Program-made: the position numbers and the translations under genes | Assembly: GCA_963702845.1 (NCBI GenBank) | Contig: OY969763.1 | Coordinates: 1,184,001-1,248,000, forward strand | Source: an uncultured Verrucomicrobiae bacterium | Lineage (GTDB): Bacteria > Verrucomicrobiota > Verrucomicrobiia > Limisphaerales > Palsa-1400 | Reading direction: 5' to 3' | Length of the DNA stretch: 64,000 nt | The notes under the pieces: generated by a model | What the model was told of the DNA's origin: nothing | The model's input: the letters and a program-made list of their open reading frames with translations, nothing else | Database searches by the model: none | In this document: positions 41,100 to 49,993 of the stretch, in pieces | How the letters are laid out: the number at the start of each line of letters is the position of its first letter | Position numbering within the stretch: position 1 is the first letter of the stretch

Positions 41100-42458
41100 T
41101 TACTTCGCACCCAACCTCACGATGACCGCTGATGCCGGTTCAACGTTAACCACACACTTCCCATCCGAGATGCGGACCTTCTTCCATTTCCCGTGCCAAT
41201 CCTTGTCATTTGAAATATTGCTACCGCCCAAAGTCACGTCCTTCATCGCCATAACATTCACATTCGCCGCCTTGAGAGCCATCACCTGAGCGCGCTTCGC
41301 CTCAAACCCATTTGCAGCAATCGTCACGGTCGCCTTTTCGGCATTCGCGCCATGCTCCTTATTGATAATCGTCACGCAGCAATTCGTCTCATCCCCCACC
41401 GCATACGCCGTCACGTTCAGCGCGCGTGGATTTTCCATCGCCACCGACTCCGTCCAACCGTGACTCCCGACCTCGAACGCCCGAAGCCCATAAGCCTTCG
41501 GATGCATTTGATATTGTCTCTTCGCATCGATGTAAAATGTATCCGTTGGCAACCACTGCGAATTCTGGAAATTCACTCCCGTCGCGCCATGTTTTGCCCA
41601 CCAATGCGTGCAATCCAGCGCCCATAAAGCCGCAGAAAAACTATCGCTCGCGTTCGTCACCCCGTGCACGAAATCGTCCAACTCCGTCAGTCGATAACCC
41701 AACCCATCCTTCAAGACCGGATGACACACCTGCTGATACAGTGCAGGATAAGATGTCTTCGGCCATTCGCTCGACAACATCAGGTCCACGCCGTGCGGAA
41801 CGTCGATGCCCTTCTTCCTTGAATTCCCGCCAATATAAGTATGCTGCGTCACCAACTCGAGGCGGCCAGTGTCCTTGACCTTCTCTATAAACTTCAACGC
41901 CAGCGCGCGCCCGGCCGCATCCGGCCCGGCAAACTTCGCGTCCGGCACTGCGTTCGTCACTTTTTGCACGACAATTCTCCAATCCTCAAAAAACTGCTGC
42001 GCGCGTCCGTCCGGCTCGTTGTCGAAGGCAAAATAATCCAACCATGGCCGATAATGATCCCAGACATACTTCGCCGTTTCACCTGCGTCCGCAGCGTGCA
42101 GTGAGAAAATCACTTTCACATCCGTTGCCTTCGCAAACGCAAACAAGGCATCGATCTCATCGTGAGTCAGATTCGGCGTTTCACTTTTCGCTGAGCCCGT
42201 CGCGCCGAGCCGCACATGTCTGATCCCCGCGTTACGGAATAAAGTCACCAATTGTTTGTTTTCCTTCGAAAATAAAAATCCTTTCATCCCGCGATGGTCC
42301 CGAACCTGCCCGCGTGTAAAAATGCTCACTCCGGAAAAATGCGGGTCAATCGCGTAGCCGCGTTTTTGAGTATCCACTGTCACCGAAATCGGCACCTGCC
42401 CATTCAAGGCAATTGCGCTCAAACCCATCACGAACAGAACACTTAACCAGGACTTCAT
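41100..42458 (-). CDS. Secreted glycoside hydrolase, GH79-like
   Basis: FSGVS, DNEPD acid/base, QHTY, RLTE nucleophile, SDSFSAALWALD, GVNF. Confidence 0.7.
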   Translation of the reverse strand: MKSWLSVLFVMGLSAIALNGQVPISVTVDTQKRGYAIDPHFSGVSIFTRGQVRDHRGMKGFLFSKENKQLVTLFRNAGIRHVRLGATGSAKSETPNLTHDEIDALFAFAKATDVKVIFSLHAADAGETAKYVWDHYRPWLDYFAFDNEPDGRAQQFFEDWRIVVQKVTNAVPDAKFAGPDAAGRALALKFIEKVKDTGRLELVTQHTYIGGNSRKKGIDVPHGVDLMLSSEWPKTSYPALYQQVCHPVLKDGLGYRLTELDDFVHGVTNASDSFSAALWALDCTHWWAKHGATGVNFQNSQWLPTDTFYIDAKRQYQMHPKAYGLRAFEVGSHGWTESVAMENPRALNVTAYAVGDETNCCVTIINKEHGANAEKATVTIAANGFEAKRAQVMALKAANVNVMAMKDVTLGGSNISNDKDWHGKWKKVRISDGKCVVNVEPASAVIVRLGAK

Positions 42459-42548
42459 CCCGCGTCTTTACCATCTGCGGATTCGACATGCTATCTTATT
42501 TCGAAATCGCTAAAAGCCATTCGGCTGACGCCCTACCGAATGAGGGAC

Positions 42549-43685
42549 CTACGAAGAGATGACCGAAGAAAGTTCGGCTAAGCGTCCGTCGCTTGTAATG
42601 CGAACGATGCAAAAATCAGCGCGTTGGCCAACGGCAATTTCTTTTTGCAAATCCATGAACTTCGAAGGTGCTTCGGCGGCGCGTTTCCAGGTTTCCTGCC
42701 ACGGCACATCCAGCATCTCCGCGGCACGAAAGACGCCGTCGATCGGGCGGAGCGCTGAACCCGCGAAATTTGTTTTGCCGGGTAATCGCACGACCTGGTC
42801 CTCACCCACTTCGAGTTCCATTGCGCCGAGTTTGTATTTGCCCGGTCCAGCGCCAGCGGCTGACATCGCGTCAGTCGTGTAGAAAATTTTGTCCAAGGTC
42901 CGATGCACCAATCGGAACAGCGTTGGTGACACGTGAATCTTATCGGGAATCAAACTGACTGTAAGTTCTGGTCGTTCGAAGATGCGCCAAAGAATGTTGT
43001 CGTGTCGGTCGAGGTCGCGAGGGCAACCGTTGCCGAGATGAGTGAAGCCCGTCGCGCCCGCGTCCACCGCTTGTTTGATTAATTCTGCTGAGGCGTTCGT
43101 GTGTCCCAAGCTGACTTTTGCGCCGCGCGACGCCGCGTACTTTATCGCACCAATGGCTCCGTTGCGCTCGGGAGAAATAGTGAGCAAAAGAGGATCGCCA
43201 GCTGCGATGTCGCATAGTTCGTCGATCGCGTGCGGAGTTGGATCGAGCATCAACGCAGGGTCGTGAGCGCCGTGGAACCCGGGCGCGCTCGACATAAAAG
43301 GTCCTTCAATTTGCCAGCCGGCAATCGCCGAACGAAGCTCGTTGGATTCGTCGCGGAGCTGTTTCGCGCGGCGAAATCGCGCCGTGAGCTTTTTCCAATC
43401 CGCCGTAATGAGCGTCAGGAAAAACTTTCCACAACCGTGTTCGCGAAGCTTCCGCGCAGCGAGCAGGAGGTCATCCGCCGTGAAGTCGTCCCGCTGAAAA
43501 TCGATCCCGCCGTAGCCGTTGATTTGCACGTCAAACAACGACGGCGCGATCCATAAAGAATCAGCGGGAGCATTGCTGCTCCCGCTGGTCAGATCTTCAA
43601 TTTTTGTAACGACCCCATTTTTCCAGGTGACACGCACCGGCTTGCGCGATGCGTAATGCCACGCTGCAATTTCGCCATCGTTCAT
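42549..43685 (-). CDS. nagA: N-acetylglucosamine-6-phosphate deacetylase family amidohydrolase
   Basis: DVQINGYGG, IEGPF, GAH, SLGHT, THLGN, DKIHV, TDAM, FAGS. Confidence 0.85.
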   Translation of the reverse strand: MNDGEIAAWHYASRKPVRVTWKNGVVTKIEDLTSGSSNAPADSLWIAPSLFDVQINGYGGIDFQRDDFTADDLLLAARKLREHGCGKFFLTLITADWKKLTARFRRAKQLRDESNELRSAIAGWQIEGPFMSSAPGFHGAHDPALMLDPTPHAIDELCDIAAGDPLLLTISPERNGAIGAIKYAASRGAKVSLGHTNASAELIKQAVDAGATGFTHLGNGCPRDLDRHDNILWRIFERPELTVSLIPDKIHVSPTLFRLVHRTLDKIFYTTDAMSAAGAGPGKYKLGAMELEVGEDQVVRLPGKTNFAGSALRPIDGVFRAAEMLDVPWQETWKRAAEAPSKFMDLQKEIAVGQRADFCIVRITSDGRLAELSSVISS

Positions 43686-43697
43686 TATTTGCGCAGC

Positions 43698-44357
43698 TTA
43701 GTAGTGCCAGGTCAATGCGAGCACGACGGCGTGGGTGAACAATTTGTCGGTGCGCACCTGCAAGCTGTTCTCTTTCCAGTCGTGGCTGGTTGTGCCGAGG
43801 AATTTGTATCCGAGCGCGACATGTGCATTATCGCAAAGTTTGTAGCGCAAGCCACCAAACGCCTGATAAGCGAAGGTGAAATCTGTGTCACTCAATTTGC
43901 CGGAAGGAAACTGCGCGTCGAACATCGCGGCTTCACCGCCTGCGCCAACTCCAAGGTATGGTGACAAACATTTTTCCGGACAGATTTTGTAAACGACGTT
44001 CAGCAAAAGCGGAATCTGGTAAAGGTCACCCTTGCCGCTTTCGTAGGTTTCTTCCGTAGCTGGTGGGGGCGGAGGAACAACATTACCCACCCGTTTCATG
44101 TGGTTCCAAATCACGCCGGTCTGCAATTGCAGGCCGAGATTCTCATTCAGCATCAATCCCCAGGTGAGGTCGGCGCGCACACCAGGATTGAAATGCGCTT
44201 TTTGACCTTCCGTATCCTTAAGTGTCTCGCCTTGCACAAACGAGGCGCCGGCATCAACACCGAAGTAGGATTTTGTAAAGTCGAGTGCCTGAACATTTAC
44301 AGTCGCCAAAATCGCGGCTCCTGCAATTACCGATTTGAAAATGGTGGTTTTGCTCAT
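43698..44357 (-). CDS. Outer-membrane beta-barrel protein (OmpA/OmpW-like)
   Basis: Signal peptide, SPYLGVGAG, FAYQAFGGLRY, aromatic C-terminus. Confidence 0.85.
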   Translation of the reverse strand: MSKTTIFKSVIAGAAILATVNVQALDFTKSYFGVDAGASFVQGETLKDTEGQKAHFNPGVRADLTWGLMLNENLGLQLQTGVIWNHMKRVGNVVPPPPPATEETYESGKGDLYQIPLLLNVVYKICPEKCLSPYLGVGAGGEAAMFDAQFPSGKLSDTDFTFAYQAFGGLRYKLCDNAHVALGYKFLGTTSHDWKENSLQVRTDKLFTHAVVLALTWHY

Positions 44358-44560
44358 AGGGCGCAACTATCGTACGCTTGCGTTGAGTTGACAAGGTGCT
44401 TTTTTTGGAACCTTCGATCGAACCTGTGGACTGGTGGCGTGAATCGGTTTCCTTCTGCAACACGCATAAATAAATATTGACAGGTTTTTCACTACATACT
44501 ATTAGCAGTGTTTGCTGCGGGTGCATACTACAAGGCAAGGTGTAGCTGCGGCGACCGTTA

Positions 44561-46306
44561 ATGAAAAGGAAGGCCGATGGGCAGTTAAATTTGCTTCCGC
44601 TTGTTCCACAGCAGGCTGAATCTGAGCTTGTAGCTAAGTTGAACCCGGGCACGGCGCAACCGGAGTCGAAACCCGAACAGAGCCTGGTTCTCGTCGTCAA
44701 ACGCGACGGCACTTCCGAACCATTCAACAAAACGCGGATAACCCTCGCTCTCGAAAGCGCTTTTAAAGCCGTCCGCGATATTCCGGTAGACACAGCAATG
44801 ACGGATTCGATGATGGAATCCGTCACAAATCTTGCCGAGAAAATTTCCAAACGCGTTCTTGAAGACACTGCTCAAGGAACGACGCTCGATGTTGAATACA
44901 TTCAGGACGTTGTCGAAAACCAGTTGATGTGCGACGGCTATCTCACTGAGGCGCGCCGCTACATTCTCTATCGCGAAGATCGGCGCAAAATCCGCGAACA
45001 AACGCCAAGCGCACTTCCAGAAGCACCGGCCGCACCCGTTGAAGAAACGCCTAACACAAATTTATTGCTGAAGGTGATTTATGCGGAAGCGCTTCCTGAC
45101 GCTTCGTCTGCAAATGACCTTGCGGCAAGTCTCCGTCGCAATTTCAGCTACGCGATTCAGGATGCGGTTCACAACGACCAACTATCGCCGGAATTGCTGA
45201 TGTTCGATTTAGAACATCTTTCCAGTGCATTGCAGTTGGATCGGGACCGATTGATTTCTCGGGCGGGGGTTGAATGGCTTTACGCAAACTGTCTTGCGCG
45301 TGAGTGCGACCATTCTATCGAAACGCCGCAGTATTTCTGGATGCGCGTGGCGATGGCTATGGCCGCCAGCGAGGACGACCGGGAAGCGCGTGCGCTGGAG
45401 TTTTATGAAGTCCTGTCCACGTTGCGGTTTTTACCATCGGAAAAACTTCTTCGGACCAGCGGCCGTTCCAGCGCGATCGCCAATCGGATGCTGGCCGACG
45501 TTGAGGACTTCGATGCTTCTGCTCGTGTGGCTGGCCATGTAAATATCGCGGCGCACATCCAGAACGGGACGCTCGATGAATTGCTGCTCTATGGAACCAT
45601 TTCGAGCGCGGTCCGCTTGCTCGATAACGCGGTGGAGTTAGCCGGCGCGAAGTTGAATGCCGCAGCTATTCACGCGCGCGAATACCGCGACATTGCGCTC
45701 GGTATCGTCGGGTACGAAAAAGCGCTGGAGTCACTCAATATTTCTGCCGATACCGATGCAGCGATGAATTACGTCGAACGCGCCGCGGAAAGCATCGCGT
45801 ATTACACAACGCTCGCGTCCGCCACTCTGGCTGCTGAGCGCGGTTCTTTCCCGGGACATTCCGATTCGAATTGGAACATCGGTGCACTACCATTTGAATC
45901 GTTGAAACTTTTGCCCGCGCAAAGCGGCGGTTCACCCAACGTGAATTTCTCAAAGGAATGGCTGGCAGTGCGTGCTGCCGTGCGGCAGTACGGAATGCGA
46001 AATGGCCACATCCTTGCGCTCACGCCTGCGCAAGTGATCGAAAAAATAATCAGCGATGCCGCACCGCGTTTATCATTCAGCGCGCAACTCAATCGCCTCG
46101 TGCGCTGTCGCAAGTGGATTGATGGCAGGGTGTGGATCACGTTGCCCGAAGACCTTGCCGGTCCCGACCTGGAGCAGGCCTATTTGCTGGCTCAACAGCT
46201 CGGCATTCGTCCGTTTACGTTGCCGGTTCGTGTCACGATTTCAGAACCATTCACCGACGCTGCCGCTGCGACGAAGGTTCTGAAGAGCATTGAAAGATCT
46301 TCGTAA
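44561..46306 (+). CDS. ATP-cone + degenerate, internally deleted ribonucleotide reductase alpha-subunit-like protein (predicted catalytically dead)
   Basis: ATP-cone VVKRDGTSEPFNKTRI...IQDVVENQLM..ARRYILYRE; NrdA-like ETPQYFWMRVAM, VRLLDN, LAAERG, GMRN, KWID; no SSC, NLCxE, APT, YY or C-terminal Cys pair. Confidence 0.85.
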   Translation: MKRKADGQLNLLPLVPQQAESELVAKLNPGTAQPESKPEQSLVLVVKRDGTSEPFNKTRITLALESAFKAVRDIPVDTAMTDSMMESVTNLAEKISKRVLEDTAQGTTLDVEYIQDVVENQLMCDGYLTEARRYILYREDRRKIREQTPSALPEAPAAPVEETPNTNLLLKVIYAEALPDASSANDLAASLRRNFSYAIQDAVHNDQLSPELLMFDLEHLSSALQLDRDRLISRAGVEWLYANCLARECDHSIETPQYFWMRVAMAMAASEDDREARALEFYEVLSTLRFLPSEKLLRTSGRSSAIANRMLADVEDFDASARVAGHVNIAAHIQNGTLDELLLYGTISSAVRLLDNAVELAGAKLNAAAIHAREYRDIALGIVGYEKALESLNISADTDAAMNYVERAAESIAYYTTLASATLAAERGSFPGHSDSNWNIGALPFESLKLLPAQSGGSPNVNFSKEWLAVRAAVRQYGMRNGHILALTPAQVIEKIISDAAPRLSFSAQLNRLVRCRKWIDGRVWITLPEDLAGPDLEQAYLLAQQLGIRPFTLPVRVTISEPFTDAAAATKVLKSIERSS

Positions 46307-46307
46307 G

Positions 46308-47552
46308 CTATTGCGCGATTGTCATCAGCGCGTGCTCTCGTTCCAGCAACGTGGGATGCGAGTAATAGAAGCCACTGTAATACGGATGCGGCGTCAGGTT
46401 GCTGAGATTTTTTTCGTTCAACTTGCGTATGGCGCCGATCAACGATCGCACTTCAGACATCACGCCTGCCGCGTAGGCGTCGGCCTCATACTCGTACTTT
46501 CGCGAGAACATGTGGGACATCGGCGAAATCCAAAACGTCACTGTTCCCGCAAGCAATCCGAACAATAGAAACGCCGGCACGACACTCAACGTCGAAAATC
46601 CAAACGCTTGATAAAACCATGCCTGCTTGGCCAGGACAGAGATGATAAAAAAACCAATCAACGTCGCGACTGCCGACCAAATCATCGTCTTGGGAATGTG
46701 ACGTTTTTTGTAATGGCCGATTTCGTGGGCCAGAACGGCTTCCAGTTCGGTTGGCTGTAGTTGCTCCACCAGCGTGTCAAATAGAACAATTTTCCGGAAA
46801 TGACCGAACCCGGTGAAAAACGCGTTAGAATGGCGCGATCGTTTGCTGCCGTCCATCACTTGAATGTCTTTGGCCCTGAAACCCGCGCGTTCACCCAATC
46901 CCAGCAACTGCTCCCGCAACGGCCCTTCTGGTAACGGAGAAAACTTGTTGAACAGCGGCATGATCACGATCGGCGCGAGAACGAGCATGATGAGTTGAAA
47001 CACCATCATGCAACCCCACGCCCATAACCACCACCAGTCACCCAACCAATCGACCAGTTTGAAAATCAACCAAAGCAGCGGAAACCCAATGGTGATGCCG
47101 AGCAACAAACCTTTGATGCGATCCATCCAGAACGTTTTCGTAGTCGTCGTGTTGAACCCGAACCGCTGCTCCAAATTAAACTGTGAATACCAGTCAAACG
47201 GCAGGTCAGGCACGGTGAGTAAAATACTGGTTGCCACAACAAATGCCGCGCCGGCCCACATTGCATGGCCAAGCGAATTCTGAAACACGTTGTAAAACCA
47301 GGGGAGAACGCCACTGAACAAGACAAGCGCCAACACGATCACGCTCCACGTGAGTTCAACGCAGTGGAACTTACTTTTCGCGAGTGTGTAGTCGACGGAC
47401 TTTCTGTAATTCTCCGTCGTGACGACGGCTTTGAATGCTTCGGGCACCGCCGCGGCATTCGCGCGGACATGTTTTTGATTGAGAAGTTCCAGCCAGAGCT
47501 GCGCGAGCCAACGCGCGCCGAGCAGCACGGCGAATATGATCATTACAGTCAC
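46308..47552 (-). CDS. M48 (Ste24-like) zinc metallopeptidase
   Basis: DGSKRSRHSNAFFTG, AHEIGH, EYEAD, SHP. Confidence 0.95.
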   Translation of the reverse strand: MTVMIIFAVLLGARWLAQLWLELLNQKHVRANAAAVPEAFKAVVTTENYRKSVDYTLAKSKFHCVELTWSVIVLALVLFSGVLPWFYNVFQNSLGHAMWAGAAFVVATSILLTVPDLPFDWYSQFNLEQRFGFNTTTTKTFWMDRIKGLLLGITIGFPLLWLIFKLVDWLGDWWWLWAWGCMMVFQLIMLVLAPIVIMPLFNKFSPLPEGPLREQLLGLGERAGFRAKDIQVMDGSKRSRHSNAFFTGFGHFRKIVLFDTLVEQLQPTELEAVLAHEIGHYKKRHIPKTMIWSAVATLIGFFIISVLAKQAWFYQAFGFSTLSVVPAFLLFGLLAGTVTFWISPMSHMFSRKYEYEADAYAAGVMSEVRSLIGAIRKLNEKNLSNLTPHPYYSGFYYSHPTLLEREHALMTIAQ

Positions 47553-47576
47553 AGGGAAACCCTACACCGGATCGTG

Positions 47577-49766
47577 TTACCTGTTACTCCGTCCCGCGCC
47601 TTTTCGTTCGGGGCGCTTTCGTCCACGCAACTCTTCCTGGCTTGCCTCGCGTGCAATTTGGAAATCCACCTGCTTTTTGAAGCTATCGACCTTGAAAACC
47701 TGCACCACGACTTTGTCGCCAAGCTTGATCACGCGACGCGTTCGCCGTCCGACCAGATGATTTCGAGCGGAGTCGAACACAAAGAAGTCATCGTGCATGG
47801 AAGATAGGTGCACCAACCCACTCATGCCGAGATCGGTAACATCCACGAAGAAACCAAAGTTTCGCACGTCGGTGACGAGCGCCTGATATTTGTGCAGCGG
47901 CCCGTCTTTCAACTGCGCCTTCAAAAACGCGAACATCTTCACGTCTTTGCTGTCTCGCTCGGCGTCGGCAGAGTTGCGTTCGGTTTCCGAGATGTGATCG
48001 GTAATCGATTTCAACGCGAACCCGACTGCGCTGTTCTTGTTAAAGAGCGCGCGATGCACGAGCAAATCCGCGTAACGACGAATCGGCGAAGTGAAATGCG
48101 TGTATTTGGCTTTGGCCAATCCATAGTGGCCGATCGGCTCAACCGCATAGCGTGCGCGCATCAGTGACTTGAGAAAACCGATTTTCAACGCGTTGCCGAT
48201 CGGGATCGTTCCCAGTCGTTGCAAAAGTTTTTGAACCTCGGGACGATGCGTCAAATTTCCACATGGTATATTGTGGCTGACGACTTCCTCGCGATATTCC
48301 TGCAACCGCTCCTCGTTCGGAGGTTCATGAATGCGATGTGGCGCTGGGCGACGCATCGAAATTAGTTTTGTCGCCACCGCCTCGTTGGCGAGCAGCATGT
48401 ATTCTTCGATGAGTTGATGGGAAACGTCGTTTTCCATTTTCTCGACGAACAACACGCGCCCATGCGCGTCGAGCCGAATTTTGTTTTCTGGAAAATCCAA
48501 ATCCAGCGAACCCGCTTTGAATCGGGCGCGGCGAATCTTTTGCGCCATTTGATGCGCGTCATGCAGCATCTGTTCGACGGGATCGCCATTCCGCGGCTTC
48601 TGCAGGACGCCGAGCGCTTCTTTGTAAGTAAACCGCCGCTTTGATCGAATTACCGATTCGTAAAATTTCGTCTGCAAAACCGCGCCGCTATCCGAAAGCA
48701 AAAACTCCGCGCACTTGGTCAACCGGTCCACGCCGGGTTTGAGCGAACAAAGCTCATTGCTCAATGCCTCTGGCAGCATTGGGATAACGCGATCGACGAG
48801 GTAGGTGGAGTTGCCGCGTTTACCGGCCTCTTCGTCCAACGCCGTCCCCGGTGCGACGTAGTGCGATACGTCCGCAATGTGAACCCAAAGTTTCCAACGA
48901 CCGTCACCGGCAGGTTGCAAACAAATCGCGTCGTCGAAGTCCTTTGCGTCATCTGGATCGATCGTCACGACATTATGCCGGCGCGCATCGACACGTCCTC
49001 GCATTTCCTCTTCAGTCGGTTCGCCAAGCGGTCGCGCCTTTGCAATCGTATTGGCCTCGTGCAAAACATTCCGTGCGAAGTGCAGCGGCAAATTGTATTG
49101 GCGCAGCACCGACAACATGTCGACGCCTTCTTCATCCGGCTTGCCCAGCACTTCGACGATTTCGCCTTCGGGATTGCTGGAACGCGATAGCCACTCGCGA
49201 AGTTCCACGACCACCTTGTCGCCAACCAGCGGTTCGCGTCCGACATCTTTTGCCGGTGGCACATAAATGTCGTGCGGAATGCGCGGATCATCCGGAATGA
49301 CAAACCAAAATTGCGGCGACTTTTGCAGGGTGCCGACCAGTTGCACACGCTTTCTTTCGAGAATGCGCACAACCGAACCGCGCATCTCACTTTCGCGTTC
49401 GTGTGGTCCGCGCCGTGCGCCGTGCGCTCGAACCTCGCGTCGCACCAATACGCGATCGCCATGTAGCGCAGTGCCGGTTTGGTTCTCAGCAATGACAATT
49501 TCCTTTACGCCTTCTTGTTCAGGCAGAAGAAAGCCTTTCCCTGCGCGATTCATCCGAATGGTGCCGGGAACAAGATCTGCCTCGCGTGAGATAATGAAGC
49601 GGTCGCCTTTGGTGCGGAAGATCTGTCCGCTGTGCTCCATCTGTTTCAACGTTTTTTCAAGCTCTACAAATTCGTGATGCCGTAGGCCAAGCGGGGCGAC
49701 GAGTTGATGGGCGGTTGAGGGACGATAATCTTTTCGTCCGAGAAGCTTTAGAATCTTCTGTTGCAT
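47577..49766 (-). CDS. rnr: Ribonuclease R
   Basis: TIDPDDAKDFDDA, HIADVSHYV, YTHFTSPIRRYADL, C-terminal S1 domain. Confidence 0.96.
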   Translation of the reverse strand: MQQKILKLLGRKDYRPSTAHQLVAPLGLRHHEFVELEKTLKQMEHSGQIFRTKGDRFIISREADLVPGTIRMNRAGKGFLLPEQEGVKEIVIAENQTGTALHGDRVLVRREVRAHGARRGPHERESEMRGSVVRILERKRVQLVGTLQKSPQFWFVIPDDPRIPHDIYVPPAKDVGREPLVGDKVVVELREWLSRSSNPEGEIVEVLGKPDEEGVDMLSVLRQYNLPLHFARNVLHEANTIAKARPLGEPTEEEMRGRVDARRHNVVTIDPDDAKDFDDAICLQPAGDGRWKLWVHIADVSHYVAPGTALDEEAGKRGNSTYLVDRVIPMLPEALSNELCSLKPGVDRLTKCAEFLLSDSGAVLQTKFYESVIRSKRRFTYKEALGVLQKPRNGDPVEQMLHDAHQMAQKIRRARFKAGSLDLDFPENKIRLDAHGRVLFVEKMENDVSHQLIEEYMLLANEAVATKLISMRRPAPHRIHEPPNEERLQEYREEVVSHNIPCGNLTHRPEVQKLLQRLGTIPIGNALKIGFLKSLMRARYAVEPIGHYGLAKAKYTHFTSPIRRYADLLVHRALFNKNSAVGFALKSITDHISETERNSADAERDSKDVKMFAFLKAQLKDGPLHKYQALVTDVRNFGFFVDVTDLGMSGLVHLSSMHDDFFVFDSARNHLVGRRTRRVIKLGDKVVVQVFKVDSFKKQVDFQIAREASQEELRGRKRPERKGAGRSNR

Positions 49767-49769
49767 AAA

Positions 49770-49985
49770 TTATAGCTTGCGCAGCAACCACATGATGACT
49801 GTCAACACAATGCTGAACAGAAGGCACGTAACGATTGGAAAATGAAAGCTGAAACTGTCCCGAGAATAGTGAACGTCGCCCGGTAGCCGGCCCAGCCAAC
49901 CGCGTCCGACGCCCGTCCACATCATCACGCCGATGACCACAATGGCGACTCCAACCACGACGAGTAGTTTACCCATTTCCGGCAT
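49770..49985 (-). CDS. DUF2905 small membrane protein
   Basis: LGRLPGD...FHFPIVTCLLFS. Confidence 0.9.
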   Translation of the reverse strand: MPEMGKLLVVVGVAIVVIGVMMWTGVGRGWLGRLPGDVHYSRDSFSFHFPIVTCLLFSIVLTVIMWLLRKL

Positions 49986-49993
49986 ACCAAACG

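Noticed and set aside
44489..44540. Possible NrdR boxes upstream of the pseudo-RNR (tcactacatactatta; atactacaagg)
   Set aside because: Partial match to acaCwAtATaTwGtg; the second site is poor and the spacing atypical. A PWM scan is needed.
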